Origin: Cellvibrionaceae bacterium
Lineage (GTDB): Bacteria; Pseudomonadota; Gammaproteobacteria; Pseudomonadales; JAILXX01
DNA: 64,000 nucleotides
Reading direction: 5' to 3'
NCBI GenBank assembly: GCA_045430295.1
Contig: JAILXX010000005.1
Location: 22,345-86,344, forward strand
Under the pieces are notes generated by a model. The model searched no databases. It was given only the letters and a program-made list of their open reading frames with translations, and was not told the origin of the DNA. How positions within the stretch are numbered: position 1 is the first letter of the stretch; every line of letters begins with the position of its first letter. The position numbers and the translations under genes are program-made. Shown here one piece after another: positions 9,835 through 20,563 of this stretch.

Positions 9835-10064
9835 CCCAAATGGATCAAGTAGATCAATAGCGGTATGAGCTAGAACCTCAGATCATGCTTATTTGAGAGT
9901 ATTTGCTAACCCTACGTCGCTGATTCTTGGTGTTTTGCCCTAATACGCTACACTGGGTAAGAAGAGTGCTGGAATAGATCGAGCGGTCGTTTATTGTGGT
10001 CACTAGCCATTCGGTATAAAACAATGAGTAGCCCCTAGGGTGCCCTGGATAGTTAAGTCGAAAT

Positions 10065-11234
10065 TTGAGGTTTACGTTGAGTGGAGTAACGGAAGCATCG
10101 ATTCCTGTGAATAACGCAGAAGGCGATGTCCCCTCTAAAGTAGAGAGTATTTACACTAACTGTATTCAAAATTACTACAGCACGCGCTTCCGGTATTTGC
10201 TGGCGCTGGTGCCGGTATTTCTGATTCCGTTGTATGCGGGCTCTACCAAAGAAACTTGGTTGGTGAACTTAGCATTAGTTCTTGTGGGTTACGGATACTT
10301 TGCAATTGGCGTCTATCAAACTCGAACCTTCGAGTCTCGCCAATTATCTCACGATGAACTTCGTCCTTGGCAGTTAGTGCTTTACCCCATGCATATTTTT
10401 TTGGGGTTATTGTTTAACGTTATTTTTATTCATCTGTATTATTTTGAAATCAATAATGCAATGGAGTATCTATTTTTGATTGCTGCCGGATTTAGTGCGG
10501 GCACGGTAGGAACTTGCCAGTATGTAAAGGGATTGTCTAGTACCTTTATTACGGCAGCAATATTGCCGCAAGCGCTTTTTCATTTGTATTTCTCTGAGTA
10601 TCCTCAGCCGTTGATTGGCTTGTCTATGCTGATTTTTATGGGTTTTATGATCAAGCTCAGTGGCGGTATGCACCGAGAAGCTATTACACGTTTACATTTG
10701 AATTATGAATTGCAGAAAGCCCGTGAACATGCGGAGCACTTAGCGTGGACGGATAGTTTAAGTGAACTCTATAACCGCCGGGCTTTTTATGAGCTAGGTC
10801 GAAAGCAAGTGGCGACTGCCTGTAGGCATCAAAAGTCGTTATCGTTAATCTTGCTGGATATTGATCACTTTAAGAGTATTAATGATAAATTTGGCCACTC
10901 CTGTGGCGATGCCGCCATTAAACGTATCAGTCGGCATATGCTGCAAGTGACTCGAACCGGCGATATTGCCGCAAGAGTTGGCGGTGAAGAATTTTGCATT
11001 TTATTGCCTGAAACCAATAAACATGATGCAGAAATACTCGCAGAAAGATTACGGGTAGAAATTGAAAAAGACATGATGGAGTTTAAAGATAATCACGTGG
11101 ACTTAACCATCAGTATCGGAGTGGCTCAGCTTGGAGACGAAGAAGGTGATATCGATGTGTTAATGATGAAGGCAGACAAAGCCTTGTACGTTGCGAAAGA
11201 CAATGGCCGCAATCAAGTTGTGATGGCTGGTTGA
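10065..11234 (+). CDS. Membrane-bound diguanylate cyclase
   Basis: About 5-6 TM helices; DIDHFKSINDKFGH, RTGD I-site, GGEEF; start codon uncertain. Confidence 0.9.
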   Translation: MRFTLSGVTEASIPVNNAEGDVPSKVESIYTNCIQNYYSTRFRYLLALVPVFLIPLYAGSTKETWLVNLALVLVGYGYFAIGVYQTRTFESRQLSHDELRPWQLVLYPMHIFLGLLFNVIFIHLYYFEINNAMEYLFLIAAGFSAGTVGTCQYVKGLSSTFITAAILPQALFHLYFSEYPQPLIGLSMLIFMGFMIKLSGGMHREAITRLHLNYELQKAREHAEHLAWTDSLSELYNRRAFYELGRKQVATACRHQKSLSLILLDIDHFKSINDKFGHSCGDAAIKRISRHMLQVTRTGDIAARVGGEEFCILLPETNKHDAEILAERLRVEIEKDMMEFKDNHVDLTISIGVAQLGDEEGDIDVLMMKADKALYVAKDNGRNQVVMAG

Positions 11235-11245
11235 GAGGTTTATTT

Positions 11246-11644
11246 ATGAAGAAACGACCAGAGGCTTCCTTGTTGAGATCAATAGTACTGGCTACTGCCT
11301 TTGGTATAGCCGCATGTCCAATGGCGGTGCTGGGGGATGACCAATATGATCACTTTAAGGGTAAGCCTGCCAATACCCTGGATGAAGCGCTAGCAAACCT
11401 GAAGGAATACAACGGCAAGCTGGCGGCGGAGCTCCAAGCGGGTAAGTTGAGACTGGAGCAGCTGCATAAAATCCACGAATTGACTTACACCTTAGAAAAT
11501 GCGCTACAGAAAGTCGAAAAGGAAGTGGAACAGATTCAAGAAACCTTAGAGAACTTGCACAAGGCTTCTGAATATGGCCGTGTAGATGAAGCGAATCAGG
11601 CGGCTATGGAATACCTGAAGAAAGCCCAAAAAATCGCCCCGTAA
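11246..11644 (+). CDS. Exported helical protein (DUF6746-like)
   Basis: Signal peptide; HFKG, IHELTYTLENAL, LExLHxASE motifs; GAGG RBS. Confidence 0.65.
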   Translation: MKKRPEASLLRSIVLATAFGIAACPMAVLGDDQYDHFKGKPANTLDEALANLKEYNGKLAAELQAGKLRLEQLHKIHELTYTLENALQKVEKEVEQIQETLENLHKASEYGRVDEANQAAMEYLKKAQKIAP

Positions 11645-11781
11645 GGGTATTTACATCGTCTGAAGTAAGACTGACAATCGCTGATGCGGGCTAAAAATTA
11701 TTATCTATGGCGCCTTTTTAATAGGGTGCCGCTTTAAGTGGTCTTGTTCTTTCTTGGGTTAATTTTTTTTGAGTTAATAGC

Positions 11782-14640
11782 TTACTTCAGATTTAGCGCC
11801 TGAGCCATTTTGCGTTCGATATCGGCTTTGATACGCAGCAAATGGCTAGTTTGAATTTCATGGTTGGCATCAATCAATTTGTCACAGTGATTGAGGTCAA
11901 GGCTCGTAACAAAGCACGGTGGAATTTTCTTACCTTTACAGCGGCCTTTGATATAACTGGCTATAGAACTGTAAAGTTCCTCTCCTAGCTCTTCCTGAGA
12001 AAACTCTCGATTGTCGCAGTTAATATTAAAATGTAGGCCGCCCTTAGCGCTTTTAACTGCGCTGGCTTGCAAATTAACGTAGGGTGATTGTTCTTGAGTT
12101 TGGTTGAATTGAATCTGGCTTATGCTGACAGGTCGATTGCCACGGGTATTGATTTCATAAAGATATGTAGGCGTTGTGGTAAAGCTGTCACCGCTTTGAG
12201 CCTGTTTGGTATTAAGGTCTGAAAAGAACTTGCGAAGAGCCGCCAGAATGCCTGGGTGTTCTTGGGCAAAGCTTTGATGAAACAGCGATCCTTTTTCGTC
12301 TACGATACCTAATAATAATCCACCGTTATTGGTGTACTGGTAAAAAATTTGAATACAGCCTGGCTGTACCACGTCTGCAATGAGTGGTAGAGGCGTATTG
12401 CGCAGGGCGTGGCGATCGATAGTCCAGCTGTAGAAGTCTTTATGGGGCGTGGAGAGCGCCATCAGTAATTGAGCGAAACCTTTGTGGGTGGTTACTTCCG
12501 GCCAGTCGCCGTCCATCCGCAAAATATTAATGTTTTGACCTTCTTCAAAAATATAAATGGTCGGGTGCTTGCCGGGGTTGTGGTACCAGTTGGCCACGTC
12601 GGTAAATAATTCCATTAACCGCTGCTGAATAATATTGCCACGGTGGCTGCCCAGGCAGCGCACTTCTAACTCCGGTGGTGGGGTGTTAGGCCGTGAAAGT
12701 GATAAGTAATACATGAGCGCATCAATAACCGAGTTCTCCCGAAAATTTTGCCCAATGTATTCATGCCAGCTGGTTTGAATTAATGAGTCCAGTGACTGCA
12801 CTAAGTTTTCGCGGAGGCCGCTGTAGGATAAGGAATCCGATTGAGAACTTAAGCGGTGCATGCCTCGCCTCGTGAGTTCAGACTGTGGGTCGATACCAAT
12901 ATTGGCGACGAGAAGCAGTGAGCGCACATAAGAGCGCTGGGTAAAAGCTGTATGAGACGGTTGGCTGTATTTGCTGGGAAGCCAATTTGTTAGCAAATGC
13001 CGGATACGATTGGCTTCGCCGGTGAGCTCCGGGTCATCCAGAATTTCACAGCGGGTATTCTCTGCGAGAATGCCGTTAAGCTGGCACCAACCTAATAGGG
13101 ATAATAACGATTGGTCTTGTTTCAATGGCTTGCTGCTGCCATCTTTCACTTTATTAGGATTGGTTTTGTGAAGTTCCCAGCTGCTTTCTTCGGGGGCTGC
13201 GCCAATATTTGCCAGTGTTAAATAGGGTTCACTGAGATCTGGAGCAATATTGGGGTTGATACGCTCAAGTTTACCGCTTTTACGTTCAAAAGCAGCGTGA
13301 AGTTTTCGCCCCAGGATAGCCAGTTCTTGTTTTGAAATACGGGCTTCATTTTGATTCTGTTGCGAGAAGCGGGAGATTAATTTGTAGCCTCTCACTAGCT
13401 CGGCAACCAGTGCGTTGCGTTCTTCCATAACCACGTTGGCTTTCCACTCTTCGCGGTTATCCAATTCTCGCAGGTAGTCTTGGGTCCAGCCCCAAGATTG
13501 GGTCATGGTTTCTAATTGACGCCGCTGCCAGGACTTATTGCGGCCGCCAGTGGATTTTGTTAACTGCTTATCGATCTTGAAATAAAAACAGCGGCGAACC
13601 AGCGCTAAGCGATCTTCTTGCTGTTGGCTTTGTAAATATTCTTCCAGGCGATTGTAGGTGAGTACATAGGGGTCGAGGTCGTTAATGTACTGATGGCCGG
13701 AATAAATACGATTTTTAAAATCCTGACAGAGGGTGCTGCTGTTGGGATATTCCCGAGCATAAATTTCTAGCAGCAAGAGTTTAATAATGGATTTGTAGGG
13801 GGAGTCGATGCCCTTGTAAAGCTGCCAAACGGCGGCGCCAATAAATTCGTCTGGGGGAATTTCACTGATGCCTCCAAGATCGATAACATCTTTTTGGTCG
13901 ATACCTCTGCGACGTAAAATGGTTTCGCAGTAGTCTTCGTAGTTGCTATCCATAACCGGCGGTACATACCACCATAGTGGCGTGCGGCCGCCTACCCAGA
14001 CCGCCGTGCGATAAAATTCATCCAATAATAAATAGTGCTGTGCAGAGCCGCTGGATTCTTCTGACAGTGTCTCAATTTCACCAGAGCGAAAACCGTCTGG
14101 GTCGATGAGGAAGAAATGTAGCTCAAGCCCCAGCTTGTCCGCCCAGGCTGAAATCAGCTGGCATTTCTGTTCCAAGTTAATGCGATTGCGAGTGCCCATG
14201 CCGGGTTTATGGCACACCCACATATCGATATCGCTTTTTTCGGAATGGGCAATAGTGCCTGGGCTACCCATCATAAACAGGGCGTGGATAAGACACTCTC
14301 CTAGCTCTTGCTGTTGGTTCCAGCGAAAGCTGCGAGCAAGGCGGCGAGCGTCTTCTAGTTGCATGGGGCCTGGACTGTAATTGGTGAGGCCTGCAGGGGT
14401 ATCGTGGCTTACGTAGCCGGGAAGCGCGGGGTGGTTGGTGTGGAACAGTAAGGGCAAAATGTCCAACACTATTCGTTGCCGGTGTGGCAGGGCGTCTCTG
14501 GTACGGGTTAGGCGCTGTTGGTTGATTTGTAGAAAGCGCTCGCGAACATTAAAAATTTTCTGCCGGCTGACGGTAGACTCTAAGTCGTCGAGGGTGGAGG
14601 GCATTTCCAGCGGTGTTTGGTTGCGCGGTGAGGTATTCAC
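11782..14640 (-). CDS. cyaA: Class I adenylate cyclase
   Basis: LPLLFHTNHP, MGSPGTIAHSEKSDIDMWVCH, LLLDEFYR, WQLYKGIDSPYKS. Confidence 0.95.
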   Translation of the reverse strand: MNTSPRNQTPLEMPSTLDDLESTVSRQKIFNVRERFLQINQQRLTRTRDALPHRQRIVLDILPLLFHTNHPALPGYVSHDTPAGLTNYSPGPMQLEDARRLARSFRWNQQQELGECLIHALFMMGSPGTIAHSEKSDIDMWVCHKPGMGTRNRINLEQKCQLISAWADKLGLELHFFLIDPDGFRSGEIETLSEESSGSAQHYLLLDEFYRTAVWVGGRTPLWWYVPPVMDSNYEDYCETILRRRGIDQKDVIDLGGISEIPPDEFIGAAVWQLYKGIDSPYKSIIKLLLLEIYAREYPNSSTLCQDFKNRIYSGHQYINDLDPYVLTYNRLEEYLQSQQQEDRLALVRRCFYFKIDKQLTKSTGGRNKSWQRRQLETMTQSWGWTQDYLRELDNREEWKANVVMEERNALVAELVRGYKLISRFSQQNQNEARISKQELAILGRKLHAAFERKSGKLERINPNIAPDLSEPYLTLANIGAAPEESSWELHKTNPNKVKDGSSKPLKQDQSLLSLLGWCQLNGILAENTRCEILDDPELTGEANRIRHLLTNWLPSKYSQPSHTAFTQRSYVRSLLLVANIGIDPQSELTRRGMHRLSSQSDSLSYSGLRENLVQSLDSLIQTSWHEYIGQNFRENSVIDALMYYLSLSRPNTPPPELEVRCLGSHRGNIIQQRLMELFTDVANWYHNPGKHPTIYIFEEGQNINILRMDGDWPEVTTHKGFAQLLMALSTPHKDFYSWTIDRHALRNTPLPLIADVVQPGCIQIFYQYTNNGGLLLGIVDEKGSLFHQSFAQEHPGILAALRKFFSDLNTKQAQSGDSFTTTPTYLYEINTRGNRPVSISQIQFNQTQEQSPYVNLQASAVKSAKGGLHFNINCDNREFSQEELGEELYSSIASYIKGRCKGKKIPPCFVTSLDLNHCDKLIDANHEIQTSHLLRIKADIERKMAQALNLK

Positions 14641-14840
14641 AGAGGGATTACTGCCAGTTATCTATCCGAGAGTTGAATATTCAAAAAAAGCTTAAGCTTT
14701 AAATATAGTCCTAAACCGTCTAGCTCGAAAGTCGTCGCTAGGGGGAGGAATTCTACGCCATGAGGGAGAGGGTGTCTTGCTGCAGGGTGCAGGTTTTGCG
14801 GTAGATGGAGAGGGTTTGTTGCGGATTTTGTGATTTTCGA

Positions 14841-14946
14841 AAGAGATTCTTCACAGGCGTTCAGAATGACAGACTGGTGAGATGGGTGAGCAAAGAGGCG
14901 TCCAGAGCAGCTGACATTCTGATGAGCGAAGCGAAGAAGAATCTTT
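14841..14946. repeat. Inverted REP pair (gattcttcac...cagaatgaca family)
   Basis: agattcttcacaggcgttcagaatgaca and its inverted partner acattctgatgagcgaagcgaagaagaatct. Confidence 0.7.
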
Positions 14947-14984
14947 TGTCGGGCTAATAATATTTTGGAAATTCGGGTTTTCGT

Positions 14985-15731
14985 CTACAGGGTTTCCAGC
15001 AGCGCTTTCACTTGGGAAACGTGGCGGCGACTGATTTGGGGTTTGAAAGCCAGTTGATCGATGCGTACACAGTAGCTGCCTTCTGGAGTACGTTCCAAGC
15101 CTTCCACAAATTGTAGGGGGATGAGTGCGTTGCGGTGAATGCGCACAAAGCGTTCAGGGTATTCGTTTTCCAGCTCTTTTAAGGGCTCGTCGATGAGAGT
15201 TTCCCCTTCGAGGTGGTAAACCGTTACGTATTTTTGGTCTGCCATAAAGCATCGAATATTGTCGATGGGGATTAGCTCTACCCCACGACGAGATTTTGCG
15301 GTGATATGGGTGCGCTGGTTTTCAATACTGTCAGTTTGTTCTTGAACCACATCTAGGCTATTTTGTTGAATGCGGTTGAGTTGCCGAGCTTTATCCAGGG
15401 CTTTTGACAGTTTATCTGCGCGAACCGGTTTTAGAAGGTAATCGGTGGCGCTGGCGGAGAAGGCATCGAGTGCGTAATCGTCGTAGGCGGTGCAGTAAAT
15501 AATCACTGGTGGGTTGTCCATGGCGGCCAGGGTTTTTCCGGCATCGATGCCATCGAGTACGGGCATGCGCACATCCAATAAAATAAGATCTGGATCTAGG
15601 CGCTCAACTTGCTGTAATGCTTCTTCGCCGTTGCGGGCTTCCCCCACTACTGAGCAATCTTCAATATCACTGAGCAAACGCCGTAGGCGTTCTCGAGCCA
15701 GTGATTCATCGTCGACAAGTAAGATATCCAT
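14985..15731 (-). CDS. algR: LytTR-family response regulator AlgR
   Basis: REC domain (VDDE, LLDVRMP, DYLLKP) plus LytTR domain (ADQKYVTV, FVRIHRNAL, ISRRH). Confidence 0.92.
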   Translation of the reverse strand: MDILLVDDESLARERLRRLLSDIEDCSVVGEARNGEEALQQVERLDPDLILLDVRMPVLDGIDAGKTLAAMDNPPVIIYCTAYDDYALDAFSASATDYLLKPVRADKLSKALDKARQLNRIQQNSLDVVQEQTDSIENQRTHITAKSRRGVELIPIDNIRCFMADQKYVTVYHLEGETLIDEPLKELENEYPERFVRIHRNALIPLQFVEGLERTPEGSYCVRIDQLAFKPQISRRHVSQVKALLETL

Positions 15732-15773
15732 CAGTTACGCATCAAAGAGTATAAAAGCCATCAAGGGTTGGGG

Positions 15774-16847
15774 TTAATTTAAGACTACCGGTAAGGATAG
15801 TTTCACTGTGTAACATTCGCCAGAAGAGATCGAGATGTTTGCACGATTTGCAAAATAGCCCTGTAAGCGCGAGCGAATATTCCCTAGAGCAATTTGGTGG
15901 CCTTGAGGAACATCTGGGCTGGGTTTGGGGAGAGGGTTGCTAATAGTGACGATCATTTGCTGCGAATCTTCTGGGTCTGATTTGGCTTCTACCGTAATGG
16001 TGCCACCTTGTTCCATGGGTTGAATGCCGTGATAAACCGCATTTTCTACCAGTGGTTGGATGAGCAGTTTCGGAATTTGGGGTATTGGACCTTTTTGAAA
16101 ATCCACATGCCATTCTAGGTTGAGTCTTTCTCCTAGGCGGATTTGTTCAATTTGTAAATAGCTATGGCAAAGCTCTAATTCTTGTTCCAGGCTGTGGGGC
16201 TTGTCGCTGTCTGATAGGGCTGCGCGAAACAGATCACATAAGTGAAGTACCATATCTTCCGCTTTATGAGGGTCGCTCACAATGAGGCTGGCAACGCTGT
16301 TCAGGCTATTAAATAAAAAATGGGGGCGAATACGTGCTTGTAGTGCAGCGAGTCTTGCCTCTAGTTCTGCTTGTTTTCGTTGGCGTAATTGCTCTTGAAC
16401 ATAAAAATAGCGCAAGCTAATGCCGCTTACGATGGCAACGATCAAAATATTATTTAGAGCGTGCCAGTAGTCGAGTTGTTTTAAGCTATTGAATAAGGAT
16501 GTTTGATATAAGTAATCACCAGAGGCGTAATAGAGTAACCACTCACCAAGAATACAGAATGCAGAGCCGACAAATAAAATAAGAGAAAACGAGATTATGG
16601 CCGCTTTTACAAGTGGCAATTGATTCAATTTGGCTCTTAGCCTGCAAAGGCATGCAGCACTTACAAGAATTATCCAAAGCGCTAACGAAGAGCCGAGTCC
16701 TAGGTGATTCCAGTCAAAATTTGGTAGTTTACTGGCGGACAGGGTTAGAACAATGACCACAAGCTCTGCGATCAATACCAAAATAAAAACTGATTGGACT
16801 GAGCAGAGATCGGGAATAAAAGACTGTGAGTTTACGTTTTTTTTCAT
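15774..16847 (-). CDS. algZ: LytS-type sensor kinase AlgZ/FimS
   Basis: FIPDLC N-terminus, ALQARIRPHFLFNSLN, QPLVENAVYHG; directly upstream of algR. Confidence 0.9.
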   Translation of the reverse strand: MKKNVNSQSFIPDLCSVQSVFILVLIAELVVIVLTLSASKLPNFDWNHLGLGSSLALWIILVSAACLCRLRAKLNQLPLVKAAIISFSLILFVGSAFCILGEWLLYYASGDYLYQTSLFNSLKQLDYWHALNNILIVAIVSGISLRYFYVQEQLRQRKQAELEARLAALQARIRPHFLFNSLNSVASLIVSDPHKAEDMVLHLCDLFRAALSDSDKPHSLEQELELCHSYLQIEQIRLGERLNLEWHVDFQKGPIPQIPKLLIQPLVENAVYHGIQPMEQGGTITVEAKSDPEDSQQMIVTISNPLPKPSPDVPQGHQIALGNIRSRLQGYFANRANISISSGECYTVKLSLPVVLN

Positions 16848-16889
16848 TGTTATGGGGATGTAGGAGGTGGAATTAATCGTTATTGGAAT

Positions 16890-19706
16890 TTATTGCCACT
16901 TACGCAACATGTCTTCTAAGTCATTGCTTGATAGTGGCTTATGTAGGATATCATTCATTCCCACGTCTTTGCAGCGTTGTATGTATTGTTCTACTGCGTG
17001 TGCCGTTAGAGCAATGATGGGCTTGTTAAAGCCGTGTTCTCGCAATTTCAAGGTGGCTTGAAACCCATCCATTTGCGGCATTTCACAATCCATTAATATG
17101 AGATCGTAGGCTTCTTTGGAGTTTTCAAAGTATTCCATAGCCTCAATGCCATTGATAGCGACATCGACATTATGACCAAGTTTTCGTAGCATTTTTTTCG
17201 AAACGAGAATATTGATCTTATTGTCTTCTACCAGCAGGATATGTTTGGCACCATAATATTTTTTAATACTTCTAATATCTTCGTTATCTTCAGGTAGCCC
17301 TTGTTGCTTTAAAAAGGCTTGGCTGTAGATTTTGAGCAGTTCTTCTTTTACGCAAGGGTGTTCTGCGGTTAGGGTAATGTGAGGGTGCTGTTGTGAAGAA
17401 GATATATTCTTTGATGCCGATAAAAGTACAATGGGCGTATCTTTATATAAGGTGAGCTTTCGAATATCCCGGGCTAGATTCTCTCCATTGCCATCCGGCA
17501 GATGGTAATCTAGAGAGATTAGGTCGTAGGGTTTATGTTTGTTGCTGAGGTACTCAAGGGTATCGTCTACACGACAAAATGATCGAATCTCTTCGACATA
17601 GTTATTTAGCCAGTGATCAAGTAGCGAGCGTTTTTCGGGATTATCTTCAACGATTAGAATCCTTTTGCCATTAAGGATATTGGTTACTTTGGCGATGCCC
17701 AAAGGCTTGTCATCTAGTAAACAGCAGGCAATGGCGGGCAAGTCAAACCAAAAACAGGAACCTTCCCCTGGCGAGCTTTTGAAATCAATGCTGCCACTCA
17801 TCAACTCTACTAGCTGACGACTAATGTTGAGGCCGAGGCCTGTTCCGCCAAAGCGTCGAGTAATACTTTCATCAGCTTGGCTGAAGGAATCGAATAAGTT
17901 ATCTTGCTTTTCTTTAGTAATACCGATGCCGGTGTCGGTAACTTGAAAGCGAATAAAATTCGCTTTTCCCGGTGTTTCTCCAATTTCTAATTTTATGGTT
18001 CCATCGCTGGTAAATTTAAAAGCATTGCTCACGAGGTTGATTAGTACTTGTTGGATTCTGTAGGGGTCGGCCACAATGCAATTAGGTATATTGTCGTGAA
18101 TGCTGGTAAGAAAAATACGTTGAGAGCTAGAAGTGTCAGGTTTAAAGAGTTGCTGAATATCCTGTAGTAGAGAAGGCAAGCTCATGGGTACGTTTTCTAT
18201 ATGGATTTTACTGGCTTCCAGTTTCGAAAAATCCAGGATGTCATTAATAATGTTGAGTAGTGATTTTCCTGAAGAACGAATAGCTTCTGTATATTGCCGT
18301 TGCTCTGTATTGAGAGGTGTGTCCGCTAATAAATCGGACATGCCGATGACGCCGTTCATTGGTGTTCGGATTTCATGGCTCATTTTCGCCAAAAATTCGT
18401 TTTTAATATTTATTTCTGTTTCCGTTTTTAGTTGTTTTTGTTTTAAATCTTCCTTTTCTATTTTAATTCGTTGAAATTTGTCTCCGATTGTAGCTGCCAT
18501 AAGAATAATTTGAACTGCAACTGAGAATTTAAATAAAGCGTAAAGTGTTTTTAAATCGAGAATATTGAAGGAGAGTGAAGCGATGAGGATGGGGATGGCG
18601 AAACAAATAATTGGTGATGTATTAAGAAAAAATAATTTTCCAAGACGGTTTCCTTTTATCCATAGGTGAATAGATGTAATAAGGCCGAATGAAATACTGA
18701 TTGCCCATGAGGCAAAGGTAATATTCTTACTTTGTCCTGGATCGTTAATAAGAATGGAGTGAGGCAAGGTAATAATAAAGATAATGACCAGCCATTTAGC
18801 TATTTTATCGCTGTTCGGTGCGAGCAGTGATAACTGCATAAAAGATCGAGAATATTGCAATATAGCTGCAGCTAGAAGGCCGGGTACCATGAGGGCGGTA
18901 TGATCTTGTAAGAAGGCGCTGTTGGGCCATAGCAGCATGTGGGAGTAACCTTCGTGGATGCCGAGAATAACACCCAGTGACAAGGTAACCAGTGCGTAAT
19001 CCAAGTACACTCTTTCTCGTACGGTAGCAAATAGAAGTAAGTGATACAGCATCAAACTGATGATGACGCCATAGGTAACGATATTGAGCAAGTTTTTATA
19101 GGTGTTGTGTTCAATAAAAGCATCGGCATGATAGAGGTCGATATTGAAGCGGTGTAGATTTTTGGTTTTTATGCGTAACCAGTAAATATAATTGCCAGTA
19201 TTTTCCAGTGGTAAGGGAAATAGAAAATGATTGGAATAAACAGGCCGCTGACTAAAAGGAAAAATATCGCCAGTGTGGTATAGCAGTTGTAATTTCCGGT
19301 CGTTGGTTTCTCGATAAATCTGTATTTCATCGATTAGCGGGCGGTTAAGCTCCATATAGAATAATTGAGCCGCTGAATAGGTCTTCAGAATGTTCAGTCG
19401 ATACCAGAATGGGTTGCTATTAAAATTTTGATTGATCTGTTGTTTAAAGGGCGCTTGTAAGTCTTCCAGGTTGGGGCGTGATGCGGTGATATCACTGGGT
19501 ATGAGGTGCTTGTCTTCAGACCAGAAAAGCCAAGGGGCCAGAGAGGTATGGCTGAACTCTTCGTCAATACTCAGTGGGGTTGTCAGTGTCGTGGATGCTT
19601 GGGAGCACAAGGGAAGCAGTAGTGAGGCGAGTAGTAAACTCAGTTGTAGCCATAGAGGCGTGACGGCAGGCCGAGAGGCTTTTGTCGCGGTGGCTATAGG
19701 AGACAT
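16890..19706 (-). CDS. Hybrid histidine kinase: 7TM-DISM extracellular + 7TM + HisKA + HATPase + 2 REC (RetS-like architecture)
   Basis: TGDIFPFSQRPV DISMED2-like motif, seven TM helices, FLAKMSHEIRTPMNG, GGTGLGL, two receiver domains. Confidence 0.88.
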   Translation of the reverse strand: MSPIATATKASRPAVTPLWLQLSLLLASLLLPLCSQASTTLTTPLSIDEEFSHTSLAPWLFWSEDKHLIPSDITASRPNLEDLQAPFKQQINQNFNSNPFWYRLNILKTYSAAQLFYMELNRPLIDEIQIYRETNDRKLQLLYHTGDIFPFSQRPVYSNHFLFPLPLENTGNYIYWLRIKTKNLHRFNIDLYHADAFIEHNTYKNLLNIVTYGVIISLMLYHLLLFATVRERVYLDYALVTLSLGVILGIHEGYSHMLLWPNSAFLQDHTALMVPGLLAAAILQYSRSFMQLSLLAPNSDKIAKWLVIIFIITLPHSILINDPGQSKNITFASWAISISFGLITSIHLWIKGNRLGKLFFLNTSPIICFAIPILIASLSFNILDLKTLYALFKFSVAVQIILMAATIGDKFQRIKIEKEDLKQKQLKTETEINIKNEFLAKMSHEIRTPMNGVIGMSDLLADTPLNTEQRQYTEAIRSSGKSLLNIINDILDFSKLEASKIHIENVPMSLPSLLQDIQQLFKPDTSSSQRIFLTSIHDNIPNCIVADPYRIQQVLINLVSNAFKFTSDGTIKLEIGETPGKANFIRFQVTDTGIGITKEKQDNLFDSFSQADESITRRFGGTGLGLNISRQLVELMSGSIDFKSSPGEGSCFWFDLPAIACCLLDDKPLGIAKVTNILNGKRILIVEDNPEKRSLLDHWLNNYVEEIRSFCRVDDTLEYLSNKHKPYDLISLDYHLPDGNGENLARDIRKLTLYKDTPIVLLSASKNISSSQQHPHITLTAEHPCVKEELLKIYSQAFLKQQGLPEDNEDIRSIKKYYGAKHILLVEDNKINILVSKKMLRKLGHNVDVAINGIEAMEYFENSKEAYDLILMDCEMPQMDGFQATLKLREHGFNKPIIALTAHAVEQYIQRCKDVGMNDILHKPLSSNDLEDMLRKWQ

Positions 19707-19824
19707 GAGTGCTACTACCTAATCGTTGTGGGAAAGTGAAAAATATGGATCCACGAGATAAGTTTAGTCTAGATATGCAGTTTTGCGTGTGTGGGCTAGG
19801 CGCAAGATTCATGGGTTGTTTGCC

Positions 19825-20291
19825 TTAGGTGGGGCGTATACGCTCCGCTAAATAGTCCTGATAATCCGGTACCAGTCGAGGGTAGGATTGGCTCATTAGG
19901 GTTGAGGTAATTAAGAAGTCTGCAGAGCTTTGGGTGCAGGCTACAGGGATATTCCATACGGCTGCAATACGCAGTAAAGCCTTGATATCCGGGTCGTGGG
20001 GAAGGGGTTCGAAGGGGTCCCAAAAGAACACCAGAAGGTCAATCTGGCCTTCGCATATCTTGCTGCCAATTTGCTGATCGCCTCCTAGGGGGCCGCTAAG
20101 TAGCGTTTCTACCTGCAGCACTGTTTTTTCTGTTCAAGCTTTACTCCCGTCGTGCCAGTGGCAAATAAGGTGTGGCCTTCCAATAGGCTGGAATGCTGCT
20201 GACACCACTGAATCAGCATGGATTTGCGGTTGTCGTGGGCTACCAGGGCAATGCGCTTGTGGGTCGGAGAATTGATTTCGGTGTAGTTCAT
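19825..20291 (-). pseudogene. mgsA: Methylglyoxal synthase, frameshifted at an A6 run (20124-20129)
   Basis: IALVAHD...ATGTTG in one frame and [11 protein letters not shown]...[16 protein letters not shown] in another; removing 2 nt restores ~154 aa. Confidence 0.85.
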
Positions 20292-20339
20292 CGTGCCTTC
20301 CTGTTCTGGAATGCGAGAGGTGATCAATTTAAAAACAAT

Positions 20340-20355
20340 TTGACAGCGCTGTCAA
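20340..20355. promoter_or_regulatory. LacI-family operator
   Basis: Perfect 16-bp palindrome TTGACAGCGCTGTCAA with central CG, in the divergent mgsA/zwf promoter region. Confidence 0.8.
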
Positions 20356-20563
20356 TTAGGCACTACGCTTAGATTCAACAATGACGAATCCTATGGTGGG
20401 TGGCCTTTATCATCCCTAAGGCCACATTCCCGGTTCGACGCGATATCAACGAGGCTTGGGCTAGGTCTGATTAAAAAGCCTGATAAAAGAGCCCGATAAA
20501 AAGAACCAGATAGAAGAGTAAGCAGTACCCCTTCAAAACCGGGGTGACTGGGAGACTTAAAGA

